Assembly (NCBI GenBank): GCA_017965475.1
Contig: JAGCPV010000041.1
Location: forward strand, 48,620 to 112,619
Length of the DNA: 64,000 bases
Reading direction: 5' to 3'
Source: Prevotella sp.
Lineage (GTDB): Bacteria > Bacteroidota > Bacteroidia > Bacteroidales > Bacteroidaceae
A program made the position numbers and the translations under genes. Of the stretch, positions 45,202 through 55,826 are shown piece after piece (positions within the stretch are counted from its first letter, which is position 1; every line of letters begins with the position of its first letter). The notes beneath the pieces were generated by a model. The model saw nothing but the letters and a program-made list of their open reading frames with translations. It did no database searches and was not told where the DNA came from.

Positions 45202-46455
45202 TTAATCAAAGAATCCTGGTTGTTTGTACTCAATTCCTAACTCACGATCGACGGTAGCGAGAATACCCTGTACCTGTCCAAGGGCGAACATACGGCCGAG
45301 AAGCGTATAGCCGGCGTTGTGACCATGACTGCTCTCATCCATGATGCCGCCAGGCTCGTCAGTAAAGGTCATACCGTGATCCACACGCATAGGTAACTCT
45401 GGGTTCTCTTTCTCGAAGATACGGCACAGTTCAATAAGATCGGCGCGACCACCCAGATGGCTGGCCTCAGTGAAGTCACCATTGGGGAAGATATGACAGG
45501 AACGCAGATGGACGAAATGGGTGCGGGATGCAAACTTCTTGGCAAGCTCCACGACGTTGTTATAGGCCCCTGCCGAAAGACTGCCAGCACAGAAGGTCAG
45601 ACCGTTGTGTTTATTGGGTACAGCATCGAGGAGCCATTGGATATCTTCCTCGGTACGAACGATGCGCGGCAGACCCAGAATCTCGATAGGAGGATCGTCG
45701 GGATGCACGCACATGTTCATACCATATTCCTCGCATGTTGGCATGATAGCCTCCAAAAAGTACTTCATGTTAGCACGGAGCTGAGCCTTGTCAATGCCCT
45801 TGTAGAGATCGAGGAAGTCGCGGAACTTCTGGATGGGGGCCTCGTCGTTCTCGCTGAAGTTGCCAGAGACAAAACCCTGTGTCTTGATGATGATGGTCTC
45901 CACGAGCTGGTGATCCTTCTCTGGCGTCATCGTCTTGGCGAGCTCGTCACACTCGGCGATGACGCTACGGCCTTTGCCCCATCCCTTGGGGAACTGGAAC
46001 TTCTCCCATTCCTCACGGGCCCCCTCACGTTTCAGGATATAGATGTCGAAGTAGGCGAACTCGGCATAGTTGAAGTAGAGGTTCGTGGCACCGTTGGGGT
46101 TGTCGTGGAACAGATCGGTGCGTGCCCAGTCGAGTACAGGCATGAAATTGTAGCAGATGCAGTGGATACCCTCTGCCGCGAGGTTGCGGAGACTCTCCTT
46201 ATAAACCTCGATCTGATGATCGCGGTCTGGACCTCCGTATTTGATGGTTTCTACGACGGGGAGCGATTCAACGACGCTCCAGCGCATGCCGTAGCTCTCG
46301 ATGTATTCGCGTAGATCACGAATCTTTTCACGCGTCCATACCTCACCAAGAGGTACATCGTGCAGTGCCGTGACGATGCCCTCCACACCGATTTGTCTCA
46401 GTTGTGCAAGCGTGATCTTGTCTTTCTTGCCAAACCATCTCCAAGTTCTTTCCAT
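45202..46455 (-). CDS. uxuA: mannonate dehydratase
   Basis: TWRWFG, WSVVES, CYNFMPVLDWARTD, HPDDPP, HFVHLR, RVDHG motifs. Confidence 0.96.
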   Translation of the reverse strand: MERTWRWFGKKDKITLAQLRQIGVEGIVTALHDVPLGEVWTREKIRDLREYIESYGMRWSVVESLPVVETIKYGGPDRDHQIEVYKESLRNLAAEGIHCICYNFMPVLDWARTDLFHDNPNGATNLYFNYAEFAYFDIYILKREGAREEWEKFQFPKGWGKGRSVIAECDELAKTMTPEKDHQLVETIIIKTQGFVSGNFSENDEAPIQKFRDFLDLYKGIDKAQLRANMKYFLEAIMPTCEEYGMNMCVHPDDPPIEILGLPRIVRTEEDIQWLLDAVPNKHNGLTFCAGSLSAGAYNNVVELAKKFASRTHFVHLRSCHIFPNGDFTEASHLGGRADLIELCRIFEKENPELPMRVDHGMTFTDEPGGIMDESSHGHNAGYTLLGRMFALGQVQGILATVDRELGIEYKQPGFFD

Positions 46456-46529
46456 ATTGAATTGTTTTGATTGTTTTAAATTGGGTGCAAAGATAGTTAT
46501 TATTCTTCAAAAGCGGTTGCACTTTTGAC

Positions 46530-47993
46530 TCATTTTCTCTTCCTTTTATACTTTTTATCTGAATTCCCCATGATCAGTTGGCGGAAATCGATAGGTTTTT
46601 TGCTTTTCACGGCCGTTGCCGGACTCTCCTTGGGCGTGCTTTCATTACCATAACGGTCGATCACGGTGACGGCGTAGTTGAGAATCTTGCCCTGATGTGG
46701 TACAGAAAGTGACTGACTCCTTTGACGGATGGCAATCAGGTTACGGGCGTCTTTGGTATCGACGGGATAGTTATCCGATGCATAGACGTTATAAAGCAGA
46801 TAGTCACCTCCTGAGTTGTCACGTGCTCCTTGCCACGAGAGTTGGTCTGTGCTCATGCCTCTTTTGATATTGAGTGTTCTCGCTGGATTGGGTGCCTGTT
46901 TCCTCATCCATGTCATGGGTGGAACCAAGGCAGGATATTGGTTAAAGTCCTTCGTGAATGTATATATGCCTTTGATGTTGTCTGTCAAAAACTTAGAACG
47001 GAAGAAAGTGATGCCAAGACCTTCATCTCTCAATACGTTCATCTCGCGTTTGATGACGTTGAGGTTCCAGTTTTTCTCTTGGGGGTGAAGCATATAGATG
47101 GCAAGGCCCGGAGCCACCTGTCTGCCGTAGGCGTGCTCCTTCCAGTCGGCAACGAAGGGGTAGAAGTTGTTACCTTGGAAGTACATCATGGGGAAGAGCA
47201 CGTCCATAATCCCTTCCCGTAGCCAACCTTGGGCATCCTGGCAGACTGCCGTATAGGCATTCCATCCTCCACTGCGGTAACGGGCCAGGTCATCGAACTT
47301 TCCCACGGGTGAGCATGACATCTTCACCCAGGGTTTTTCAGACTTGACGGCCCTGTTGATCTTGCGGACGATATCCGTGATATACCGTCGGCCCTGTTCA
47401 CGGCTGATCTTCAGTTTCCAAGTCTCGGGATAACGGATATAGTCGAGGTGGATACCGTCGATATCATAGCGTCTGGTGACCTCGCGGCAGAACTGCGCCA
47501 GATAGTCGCCCGTCTGCGACATCTCGGGATCCATATATCCCTCGTCGCCAATCTTCCGGATCAGGTTAGGGAAGCGGGCACGTATCTTCTTACAGCCGCC
47601 GCTGTTCCATTTTCCCACAGGGATGGTAACGATCCAGGCGTGACACTCCATACCCCGCTTATGGCATTCGTCGATGCAGAACTGTAGGGCGTCGTAGCCG
47701 GGCGATTGTCCTGCATTGCCCGTCATACAGATGTCCCATGGTTCCATCGTCGAAGGGAAAATGGTACTTGCTCGTACGCGCGTCTGTATGAGAACTGTGT
47801 TGATATTGGCTTTCTGCAACTGGTTCAGAATACTGACAAGCTCCTGCTTCTGCCGATAGGCGGAGTAGGAGTGGGGCCAGTCGAGGCCTTTGATGGTGGT
47901 GAGCCAGACGGCTCGGATTTCGTGTTTCGGTGTCTGAGCTACTGCGTTCTGCACGAGCAGAAACAGGCAGATGATGCGTATGATTGTCTTCAA
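46530..47993 (-). CDS. glycoside hydrolase-like family 10 (YddW/DUF187) protein
   Basis: EIRAVWLTT..LDWP, ECHAW, YDIDGIHLDYIRY, PMMY motifs; Fn3-like C-terminus. Probable TTG start downstream of the promoter at 48021-48028. Confidence 0.82.
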   Translation of the reverse strand: MKTIIRIICLFLLVQNAVAQTPKHEIRAVWLTTIKGLDWPHSYSAYRQKQELVSILNQLQKANINTVLIQTRVRASTIFPSTMEPWDICMTGNAGQSPGYDALQFCIDECHKRGMECHAWIVTIPVGKWNSGGCKKIRARFPNLIRKIGDEGYMDPEMSQTGDYLAQFCREVTRRYDIDGIHLDYIRYPETWKLKISREQGRRYITDIVRKINRAVKSEKPWVKMSCSPVGKFDDLARYRSGGWNAYTAVCQDAQGWLREGIMDVLFPMMYFQGNNFYPFVADWKEHAYGRQVAPGLAIYMLHPQEKNWNLNVIKREMNVLRDEGLGITFFRSKFLTDNIKGIYTFTKDFNQYPALVPPMTWMRKQAPNPARTLNIKRGMSTDQLSWQGARDNSGGDYLLYNVYASDNYPVDTKDARNLIAIRQRSQSLSVPHQGKILNYAVTVIDRYGNESTPKESPATAVKSKKPIDFRQLIMGNSDKKYKRKRK

Positions 47994-48100
47994 AATGTTG
48001 CAATATTTAAAAAATTGCTGCAAAGTTAGCAGTTTTTTTTTATTTCTCAAATTAATTCACTACTTTTGCAAGCAAATAATTCTAAAAATAGTATTAAGAG

Positions 48101-49564
48101 ATGATTTCTTTTACCTTAAGTTTGATTGCGCTCGTTCTCGGCTATCTGTTGTATGGCCGTTTCGTGGAACGGGTGTTTGGCCCTGATGACCGTGTGACGC
48201 CTGCTGTAGCTAAAGCCGACGGTCTGGACTACATCGTACTTCCCAACTGGAAGATCTTTATGATTCAGTTCCTGAACATTGCGGGTACGGGTCCAATCTT
48301 CGGTGCCATCATGGGTGCCAAGTTCGGTCCTGTGGCTTATCTGTGGATCGTATTCGGATGTGTCTTCGCTGGTGCAACCCACGATTTCTTCACAGGTATG
48401 CTGTCGATGCGCCACGATGGCGCAGGCTTGCCTGAGATGATTGGCCGCTATCTGGGTAAGACCACCAAGAGTGTGATGCTTGTGTTCACAGTACTGTTGC
48501 TCATCATGGTGGGAACGGTGTTTGTCTATTCGCCTGCAGAGATCCTGCACTCTATCGGTGGTGAGACCATGATGTGGGTGGCCATCATCTTTTGCTATTA
48601 CATCATCGCTACGATGCTGCCTATTGATAAGATCATCGGTAAGATCTATCCACTCTTTGCCTTTTCGCTGCTGTTTATGGCGGGTGCCCTGATGATCTGG
48701 CTCTTCCTGCATTGGCCCACATTGCCCGAACTCTGGACACATCTTTATAATATGGGAGCTGCTACGGAGCCCGAGACCTGGAAGGACAACATCTTCCCGG
48801 CACTCTTCATCACCATCGCCTGTGGTGCCATCTCTGGCTTCCACGCTACGCAGAGTCCGCTGATGGCTCGTTGCGTGAAGAGCGAGAAGATGGGTCGTCC
48901 CATCTTCTATGGAGCCATGATCACCGAGGGTGTGGTCGCTCTGATATGGGCCACGGTAGCCGCGTGGTTCTTCTATGGCAACCCGGCTCCTGGCTATACG
49001 CTCATCGAGGCAGCCTCTAAAGGTTTCCATACCTCTGCCCCCGCAGTGGTGAACCTCGTGTGCAACGATTGGTTGGGTGTGGCTGGTGCTATTCTGGCTA
49101 TGTTGGGTGTGGTAGCAGCACCTATTACATCGGGTGATACCGCCTTCCGTTCTGGTCGTCTGATCGTGGCCGAGTGGCTGAAGATGGATCAGCGCCCCAT
49201 TCCGAAGCGCCTTCTCATCTGTGTGCCGATGTTTGCCGTTTCTATCGCCATGTTGGTGTGGCAGATTGAGAATCCTGATGGTTTCAACACCATCTGGCAG
49301 TACTTCGGTTGGAGCAATCAGGCTCTAAGCGTGTTCACGCTTTGGACGATAACTGTCTATCTGGTGCGCCAGAAGAAGCTGTTCTGGATCACGCTGATTC
49401 CTGCGCTCTTTATGACCACGGTGTGTACCACCTATTTATTCGTCTCAAAGCAGATGCTGAATCTTGGTGATGCAGGCTATCCATTCGGCATCGTCTGTCT
49501 GGTGATCGGCATCGTGTGGTTCTGCCTCTGGTACAAGAAAGAAGTTAAAAAAGTAAATGAATAA
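48101..49564 (+). CDS. cstA: carbon starvation protein A (peptide/pyruvate transporter)
   Basis: FLNIAGTGPIFG, ITIACGAISGFHATQS, ITSGDTAFR motifs; polytopic membrane protein. Confidence 0.92.
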   Translation: MISFTLSLIALVLGYLLYGRFVERVFGPDDRVTPAVAKADGLDYIVLPNWKIFMIQFLNIAGTGPIFGAIMGAKFGPVAYLWIVFGCVFAGATHDFFTGMLSMRHDGAGLPEMIGRYLGKTTKSVMLVFTVLLLIMVGTVFVYSPAEILHSIGGETMMWVAIIFCYYIIATMLPIDKIIGKIYPLFAFSLLFMAGALMIWLFLHWPTLPELWTHLYNMGAATEPETWKDNIFPALFITIACGAISGFHATQSPLMARCVKSEKMGRPIFYGAMITEGVVALIWATVAAWFFYGNPAPGYTLIEAASKGFHTSAPAVVNLVCNDWLGVAGAILAMLGVVAAPITSGDTAFRSGRLIVAEWLKMDQRPIPKRLLICVPMFAVSIAMLVWQIENPDGFNTIWQYFGWSNQALSVFTLWTITVYLVRQKKLFWITLIPALFMTTVCTTYLFVSKQMLNLGDAGYPFGIVCLVIGIVWFCLWYKKEVKKVNE

Positions 49565-49576
49565 AAAGATATAATT

Positions 49577-50119
49577 ATGAGAAAACTGATGATGGCAGCC
49601 ATCGGCCTGATGATGGCAATGAGTGCGAATGCCCAGTACCTGAACGATTCTAAAACACCGTTTGAGGAGGGAAAGATGTATGTGAATGCAGCCTTCTCGA
49701 GTATGTCACTCTCCTATAGTAAGGCGGAAGATTTCAATTTTGGAATCAATGGCAAGGTGGGATACTTTATCATCGACAATCTGATGGGTGTTGGTGTCGC
49801 AGGACTTACCAGTGAGGGTAGTGGTGACAGAACGACTCTTCAATTAGGTGCTGGTGCCCGTTGGTATTTCGATACAATTGGCATCTATGTAGGTGGTATT
49901 GCTAAATATGCCTATCAGAGAGAAAAAGTGGTGATCGATAATGTGAAACTCCATTCGAGTATCAACGATTTCCGTCCCGAGCTTAATGCTGGCTACACTT
50001 TCTTCCTGAATCGCAACATCACAGTTGAGCCCGAGGCTTACTACGAGATTAGCTGCGAAGACAGCGACTATTCTGGTTTCGGTCTGCGAGTAGGTCTGAG
50101 TATTTACTTTAATCTGTAA
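49577..50119 (+). CDS. small outer membrane beta-barrel protein
   Basis: Signal peptide; GKVGYF, GAGARWYF, AGYTFF, GLRVGLSIYF motifs. Confidence 0.75.
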   Translation: MRKLMMAAIGLMMAMSANAQYLNDSKTPFEEGKMYVNAAFSSMSLSYSKAEDFNFGINGKVGYFIIDNLMGVGVAGLTSEGSGDRTTLQLGAGARWYFDTIGIYVGGIAKYAYQREKVVIDNVKLHSSINDFRPELNAGYTFFLNRNITVEPEAYYEISCEDSDYSGFGLRVGLSIYFNL

Positions 50120-50125
50120 TTGGAT

Positions 50126-50974
50126 ATGTTGAGTGTTGACGAACTGGTTGACAGACTGATTGATCTGTCCTTTGCCGAGGACATCGGTGACGGTGACCAT
50201 ACCACGTTGTGCTGTATTCCTGAGGATGCTATGGGCAAGTCGCATCTGCTGATCAAGGAAGACGGTATTCTGGCAGGTGTAGAGATTGCCAAGGAGGTAT
50301 TCCGTCGTTTCGACCCCACCATGCAGGTGGAGGTGCTCATGCAGGACGGTACCCGTGTGAAGAAAGGTGATATTGCCATGATTGTGACGGGAAAAGTTCG
50401 TTCGTTGCTCCAGACAGAACGCCTGATGTTGAACATCATGCAGCGTATGAGTGGTATTGCTACCATGACCGATAAGTATGTGCAGCGCTTGAAGGGTACC
50501 CATACCCGTGTGCTCGATACCCGCAAGACAACCCCTGGTATGCGCATGCTTGAGAAACAGGCCGTGAAGATAGGTGGTGGCGTGAACCACCGTATCGGAC
50601 TTTTCGATATGATCCTCCTGAAGGATAACCATGTCGATTTCTCGGGAGGCATCACTAATGCCATCAACCGTTGTCATCAATACCTGAAGGAGAAGGGGCT
50701 CGACCTGAAGATAGAGATCGAGGTACGCTCCTTCGACGAGCTTCAGCAGGTACTCGACCACGGGGGCGTAGATCGTATCATGCTTGACAATTTCTCCGTG
50801 CCCGACACGAAGAAAGCTGTAGATATCATCGCGGGTCGCTACGAGACGGAATCTTCTGGCGGTATCACTTACGATACCATCCGTGATTATGCCGAGCAGG
50901 GTGTTGATTTCATCTCCGTCGGAGCACTCACACACTCTGTGAAAGGTCTTGATATGTCCTTTAAGGCATGCTGA
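50126..50974 (+). CDS. nadC: nicotinate-nucleotide pyrophosphorylase (carboxylating)
   Basis: EDIGDGDHTT, DTRKTTPG, HRIGL, LKDNH, IMLDN, SGGI, SVGALTH motifs. Confidence 0.96.
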   Translation: MLSVDELVDRLIDLSFAEDIGDGDHTTLCCIPEDAMGKSHLLIKEDGILAGVEIAKEVFRRFDPTMQVEVLMQDGTRVKKGDIAMIVTGKVRSLLQTERLMLNIMQRMSGIATMTDKYVQRLKGTHTRVLDTRKTTPGMRMLEKQAVKIGGGVNHRIGLFDMILLKDNHVDFSGGITNAINRCHQYLKEKGLDLKIEIEVRSFDELQQVLDHGGVDRIMLDNFSVPDTKKAVDIIAGRYETESSGGITYDTIRDYAEQGVDFISVGALTHSVKGLDMSFKAC

Positions 50975-52623
50975 CCATCCTGTTTGGACTAATCCTGAGT
51001 ATCTATCACCCGCCAGTGAGTTATGAGATGTCATTGGCGGGTAATTTTGGTGAGCCTCGTCCAAACCATTTTCATGGTGGTCTCGATATCAAGACCGACG
51101 GGGTGGAGGGGAAACCCATCTATTCTATTGGTGATGGCTATGTCAGTCGTGTGACGATGGGGAAGTTTGGCTTTGGCTATGCCGTCTATGTCACTCATCC
51201 CGAAGGCTACACCAGTGTCTATTGTCACCTGAAGTCGTTCTCCCCGCGTATCAAGGCTGCCATGCGCCGTTATCAATATGCGCATGAGGCGAGTGATGGC
51301 GATGCCTATCTTTCGCCGTTGGACTGTCCTGTCTCCCAAGGACAGTTGATTGCCCTCAGTGGTAACACAGGACATAGTACGGGCCCCCATCTGCATCTGG
51401 AGATCCACAACACTGAGACGTGGAACATGTTGGATCCTTATGACTTCATCGGCGACTTCATCAATGATACCGTACCTCCAAAGGCACATGGCCTGATGGC
51501 CTGTCCCCAACAGGGAGAGGGAATCTTCAATAAAAGTACTTCCAAACAGACATTCGGTATCTCCGCCTCCCGTTTGGAACAGCAGTTTACGGCGTGGGGT
51601 AAGGTAGGCTTTGCCCTCTGGGCTGATGACTATATGCAGGCATCCAGTAATCACTTTGGCATCCGTGAGACTATCCTCTTGGTGGATGATCATGAGGTGT
51701 TCCATGCTGTGGTGAATGATATTCCCATGGAGAACAACCGTCTGGTGAACTCCTGGGGTGACTATGAGTACTGGCGTCAACATAAGACGTGGTATATGAG
51801 ATCCTATATGGAACCGGGGAATACACTGCCTATCTTCCGGGCAGAGAACCGGGGTGTCATTGATTTCTCAGAGGAACGGGATTATCAGTTGGAATATGTC
51901 CTTCGTGATTATAAGGGCAATGAGAGCCGTTACTCTTTTATTGTCAGAGGTGTGAAGACTGAGATTCCTCATTCGTCTATGCCCACCATCGACGGTCCCT
52001 CTCGCCTGTTCCGCTGGAACCAGACAAACACCTATTCAGCACCAGGGGTACAATTGGTTGTTCCCTATGGGCTGTTGACGACTGATATGTGCCTGCAGCC
52101 TATTGTACGTCTGCGAATGGATCGGCTTTCAGACAGCTATACCTTCTATCCGTCTTCCTATCCGCTTGTGAGTGATGGTGAAATCTCGATTTATGTCCAT
52201 CCAGAACGACTTGACGGAAATGAGGTTGTGCGTCGTGAACTGGATCCCTCAAAACTATATGTGGCTGCTGACGGACGGTTTGCAGGTGGTGACTATCATG
52301 ACGGTTGGGTGAGTGGTCATATCCGTGAACTTGGTTCTTCCTATGCACTGGCCTACGACGATGAACCGCCGGAGATCAGTCCTGTCACACTTGGCGAGCA
52401 TGTTGTCCTCCGTCTGACGGATGCAGGTAGTGGTGTCGCCTCCTATACGGCTACCGTTGATGGGCAGTTTGTGGTTTTTGATGCAGCAGACAAACAACCG
52501 CTGGTTATCTGTGATCTTTCCGAGACACCCATCCGCAAGACAAACAGGACACACCAGTTACGACTGACGGCTACAGATAACCGTCAGAACACCAGAGTTT
52601 TTGAAACGAATATAATATATTAA
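50968..52623 (+). CDS. M23 family metallopeptidase
   Basis: HFHGGLD, YCHL, GNTGHSTGPHLHLE motifs. Confidence 0.88.
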   Translation: MLTILFGLILSIYHPPVSYEMSLAGNFGEPRPNHFHGGLDIKTDGVEGKPIYSIGDGYVSRVTMGKFGFGYAVYVTHPEGYTSVYCHLKSFSPRIKAAMRRYQYAHEASDGDAYLSPLDCPVSQGQLIALSGNTGHSTGPHLHLEIHNTETWNMLDPYDFIGDFINDTVPPKAHGLMACPQQGEGIFNKSTSKQTFGISASRLEQQFTAWGKVGFALWADDYMQASSNHFGIRETILLVDDHEVFHAVVNDIPMENNRLVNSWGDYEYWRQHKTWYMRSYMEPGNTLPIFRAENRGVIDFSEERDYQLEYVLRDYKGNESRYSFIVRGVKTEIPHSSMPTIDGPSRLFRWNQTNTYSAPGVQLVVPYGLLTTDMCLQPIVRLRMDRLSDSYTFYPSSYPLVSDGEISIYVHPERLDGNEVVRRELDPSKLYVAADGRFAGGDYHDGWVSGHIRELGSSYALAYDDEPPEISPVTLGEHVVLRLTDAGSGVASYTATVDGQFVVFDAADKQPLVICDLSETPIRKTNRTHQLRLTATDNRQNTRVFETNIIY

Positions 52624-52630
52624 ATAAGGT

Positions 52631-54361
52631 ATGAAAAGAAATCTGATTCTATCCGTTATGCTCATCGCTGGAACATATGCGATGGCTTGCACCAATTTCA
52701 TTGTGGGTAAGAAGGCCAGTGCCGATGGTTCTGTATTTGTTACATATAATGCAGACAGTTATGGTGCCTTCATGCCGCTCTACCACTATCCTGCTGCCAC
52801 GCATCAGGCTGGTGAGATGCGCCAGATCCGCGAGTGGGACACGAACAAGTATCTCGGTGAGATTCCCGAAGCCCCCGAGACCTATAATGTTATCGGCAAC
52901 TCGAATGAGTGGCAGGTCACTGTTGGTGAGACCACCTTTGGCGGTCGTGAAGAGATGGTTGACTCTACGGGCATCATCGACTATGGCTCACTGATCTACA
53001 TTGCCCTTCAACGCTCGAAGACCGCCCGTGAGGCCCTGTTGGTGATGACCTCACTTGCCGAACAGTACGGCTATTGCTCCGAAGGCGAGACCTTCTCTGT
53101 GGCTGACAAAGACGAGGCTTGGATGTTGGAGATGATGGGTTGTGGCCCTGATCGCACGAAGTCTGCTGAGCGTGTTGTCTGGGTGGCTGTCCGTATCCCC
53201 GATGAGGCTATTGCTGCCCACGCCAATCAGAGCCGAATCACAAAGTTCCTCAACGGTCGTTATGTGCAGGTGAAAGCGAAGGATCTGCTGAAGAAATACC
53301 CTGTCGATGGCAAGAAGCCCGTGCCCAACCTGATGCTCTGCTCCGACAATGTCGTGAGTTACGCTCGTACAATGGGTTGGTTTGATGGCAAGGATGCTGA
53401 CTTTAGCTATAATGGCGCCTACGCTGTGCCCGATTTTTCCGGTCGTCGCTACTGTGAGGCTCGTGTCTGGAGCTTCTTCAACCGCTTTGCTGATGACTTC
53501 TCCGAGTATGTGCCCTATGCCGCAGGCATCGAGAACGACACCAAGGAGATGCCTCTCTGGATTATTCCAAATAGGAAGGTGACACTTCAGGATCTGCGCG
53601 ATGCCATGCGCGATCACTATGAGGGTACTCCTTTTGCCTTAGACAGTAAGGGTGATATCGGTGGGGGTATGTTTGAGATGCCTTATCGCGTCTCGCCGCT
53701 CTCATTCAAGCTCGACGATGTGGAGTATTTCAACGAGCGCCCCATCTCGACTTTCCAGACAGCATGGTCGTTTATTTCCCAGATGCGCTCGTCACTGCCT
53801 CGTGAGGTGGGCGCTTGTTTCTGGTTTGGTAATGACGACAGCAATATGGTGGCCTACACACCGATGTATTCATGTATCACCCGTCGTCCGAAATGTTTCT
53901 CAGGAGAAGGTGCTGACGATGTGACTTTCTCAATGGACAACGCCTTCTGGGTGTGCAACTGGGTCAGCAATATGGTCTATCCCCGTTATTCGATGATGTT
54001 CCCGAGCCTGAAGGCTGTGCGCGACTCACTCGATGCCTCCTATTCGGCATTACAGCCCGAGATTGAGGCCAAGGCCCTTGCACTGGCTACGCCCGAGGAT
54101 CGTGTGAGATTCCTGACGGACTACAGCTGTCAGAAGGGCGACGAGATGATTGCCCGTTGGCAGAAGCTCGCCTTCTTCCTCATCGTCAAATACAATGACA
54201 TCGTGGTGAAGCCCACCGATGACAACGGCACGTTCCTCCGCACCAAGGATGGCCATGGCCAGCGCGTTCAGCGTCCTGGACTTCCTGATACGTATGCCCG
54301 GGAACTGATTCGTCAGACGGGTGATAAGTTCCTTGTTCCTGAAAAGGAGAAGAAAGAATAG
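52631..54361 (+). CDS. C69 family dipeptidase
   Basis: Signal peptide followed by catalytic CTN; GETTFGGR, AHANQSRI, RDHYEGT, ERPIS motifs. Confidence 0.9.
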   Translation: MKRNLILSVMLIAGTYAMACTNFIVGKKASADGSVFVTYNADSYGAFMPLYHYPAATHQAGEMRQIREWDTNKYLGEIPEAPETYNVIGNSNEWQVTVGETTFGGREEMVDSTGIIDYGSLIYIALQRSKTAREALLVMTSLAEQYGYCSEGETFSVADKDEAWMLEMMGCGPDRTKSAERVVWVAVRIPDEAIAAHANQSRITKFLNGRYVQVKAKDLLKKYPVDGKKPVPNLMLCSDNVVSYARTMGWFDGKDADFSYNGAYAVPDFSGRRYCEARVWSFFNRFADDFSEYVPYAAGIENDTKEMPLWIIPNRKVTLQDLRDAMRDHYEGTPFALDSKGDIGGGMFEMPYRVSPLSFKLDDVEYFNERPISTFQTAWSFISQMRSSLPREVGACFWFGNDDSNMVAYTPMYSCITRRPKCFSGEGADDVTFSMDNAFWVCNWVSNMVYPRYSMMFPSLKAVRDSLDASYSALQPEIEAKALALATPEDRVRFLTDYSCQKGDEMIARWQKLAFFLIVKYNDIVVKPTDDNGTFLRTKDGHGQRVQRPGLPDTYARELIRQTGDKFLVPEKEKKE

Positions 54362-54386
54362 TTGGTTTCTAATATAATAATAAGGT

Positions 54387-55571
54387 ATGAAGGACTTCAA
54401 TTTCTATGCCCCTACGAGAGTGGTGTTCGGACGGGAGTCGGAGGAGAAACTTCCGCAGTTGATTCAGCAGTATGGCGGCGGTAAGGTACTGGTGCACTAT
54501 GGTGGTGGCAGTGCCAAACGCTCGGGGCTGTTGGATAAGGTGTTTAAGATGCTCAACGAGGCAGGCATCTCGTATGTCGAGTTGGGTGGGGTGGTGCCTA
54601 ACCCCCTGCTGTCGAAAGTACAGGAGGGAATAGACCTCTGCCGTAGGGAACATGTGGACTTCATCCTCGCTGTGGGTGGCGGAAGTGTGATCGACTCGTC
54701 GAAGGCCATCGGTTATGGTGTGGCTTATCCTGGTGACGTTTGGGACTTCTGGGATGGGAAGGCTGTGCCCCAGACCTGTCTGCCCATCGGTGTGATACTG
54801 ACTATCCCGGCAGCTGGCTCAGAGATGTCATCAAGTTGTGTGATCACGAAGGACGAGGGCATGCTGAAGCGGGGTGTGAACAGCGATCTATGCCGTTGTA
54901 AGTTTGCCATCATGAACCCTGAGCGTACCTACACACTGCCCGAGTACCAGACGGCGGCTGGTGCCACCGACATCATGATGCACACGATGGAGCGTTACTT
55001 TTCGAAGTACGAGGATGCCACGTTGACGGATGCCATCGCTGAGGCCTTGCTCCGTACGGTGAAAGACTCTGTGTTCGTGGTGCTGAAGAATCCAGAGGAC
55101 TATCGCAACCGTGCGCAGATCATGTGGGCTAGTTCGCTGGCACATAACGACCTGACGGAGTGCGGCACGGAGAAGGACTTCGCCTGTCATCGTCTGGAGC
55201 ATGAGTTGAGCGGACTCTTCGGCGTGACACACGGCGCAGGACTGGCAGCCCTCTGGGGCTCGTGGGCTCGCTATGTGATGGACAAACACCTGAACCGCTT
55301 TGTGAAATTTGCCGTGAATGTGATGGGTATGACCAACGACTTCGTGGATCCCAAGGCGATGGCCATGAGAGGAGTAGAGGCCATCGAACAGTTCTATCAT
55401 GCCATCGGCATGCCAATAAGCATTCCCGAACTGATAGGTCGTGCCGCCACCGATGAGGAGATTCAGGAGATGGTCCGCAAGTGCAGCCGTGATGGTAAGA
55501 TCACTGTCGGCGCGATGGAGGTTATTGCGGCAAAAGATATGGAATTGATATACAAAATGGCCAATAAGTGA
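54387..55571 (+). CDS. iron-containing alcohol dehydrogenase (butanol dehydrogenase/YqhD-like)
   Basis: GGGSAKRSG, AVGGGSVID, AAGSE, D...H..E, H.LEH, THGAGLA motifs. Confidence 0.92.
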   Translation: MKDFNFYAPTRVVFGRESEEKLPQLIQQYGGGKVLVHYGGGSAKRSGLLDKVFKMLNEAGISYVELGGVVPNPLLSKVQEGIDLCRREHVDFILAVGGGSVIDSSKAIGYGVAYPGDVWDFWDGKAVPQTCLPIGVILTIPAAGSEMSSSCVITKDEGMLKRGVNSDLCRCKFAIMNPERTYTLPEYQTAAGATDIMMHTMERYFSKYEDATLTDAIAEALLRTVKDSVFVVLKNPEDYRNRAQIMWASSLAHNDLTECGTEKDFACHRLEHELSGLFGVTHGAGLAALWGSWARYVMDKHLNRFVKFAVNVMGMTNDFVDPKAMAMRGVEAIEQFYHAIGMPISIPELIGRAATDEEIQEMVRKCSRDGKITVGAMEVIAAKDMELIYKMANK

Positions 55572-55633
55572 TAAATTGTTGCGTATTTGAGAAGAAAAGT
55601 TACGAATTATTTGTTTGTTTCAGGAATTATGCT

Positions 55634-55641
55634 TACTTTTG
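55634..55641 (+). promoter_or_regulatory. leu operon -7 promoter element
   Basis: TACTTTTG with upstream TTTG. Confidence 0.75.
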
Positions 55642-55668
55642 CACCCGAATTCATAACAAAGATAACGC

Positions 55669-55737
55669 ATGAAGAGTCAGAATCTACTTAACGGCCTTAT
55701 TATTATTCGACTGCAGGGAGCAGGCGGAAGTGATTAG
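55669..55737 (+). CDS. Leu/Ile-rich attenuator leader peptide (22 aa)
   Basis: MKSQNLLNGLIIIRLQGAGGSD, between the promoter and the terminator. Confidence 0.75.
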   Translation: MKSQNLLNGLIIIRLQGAGGSD

Positions 55738-55789
55738 GTGCGCGTAGATGAATGATGCAAGAGAACATTAAACATTAAATAAGTAACGA

Positions 55790-55826
55790 GCCTTTCTCAC
55801 TTCCGAGTGCGAAAGGCATTTTTTTT
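55790..55826 (+). terminator. attenuator intrinsic terminator upstream of leuA
   Basis: GCCTTTC-T-CACT-TCCG-AGTG-C-GAAAGGC-A followed by T8. Confidence 0.8.
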
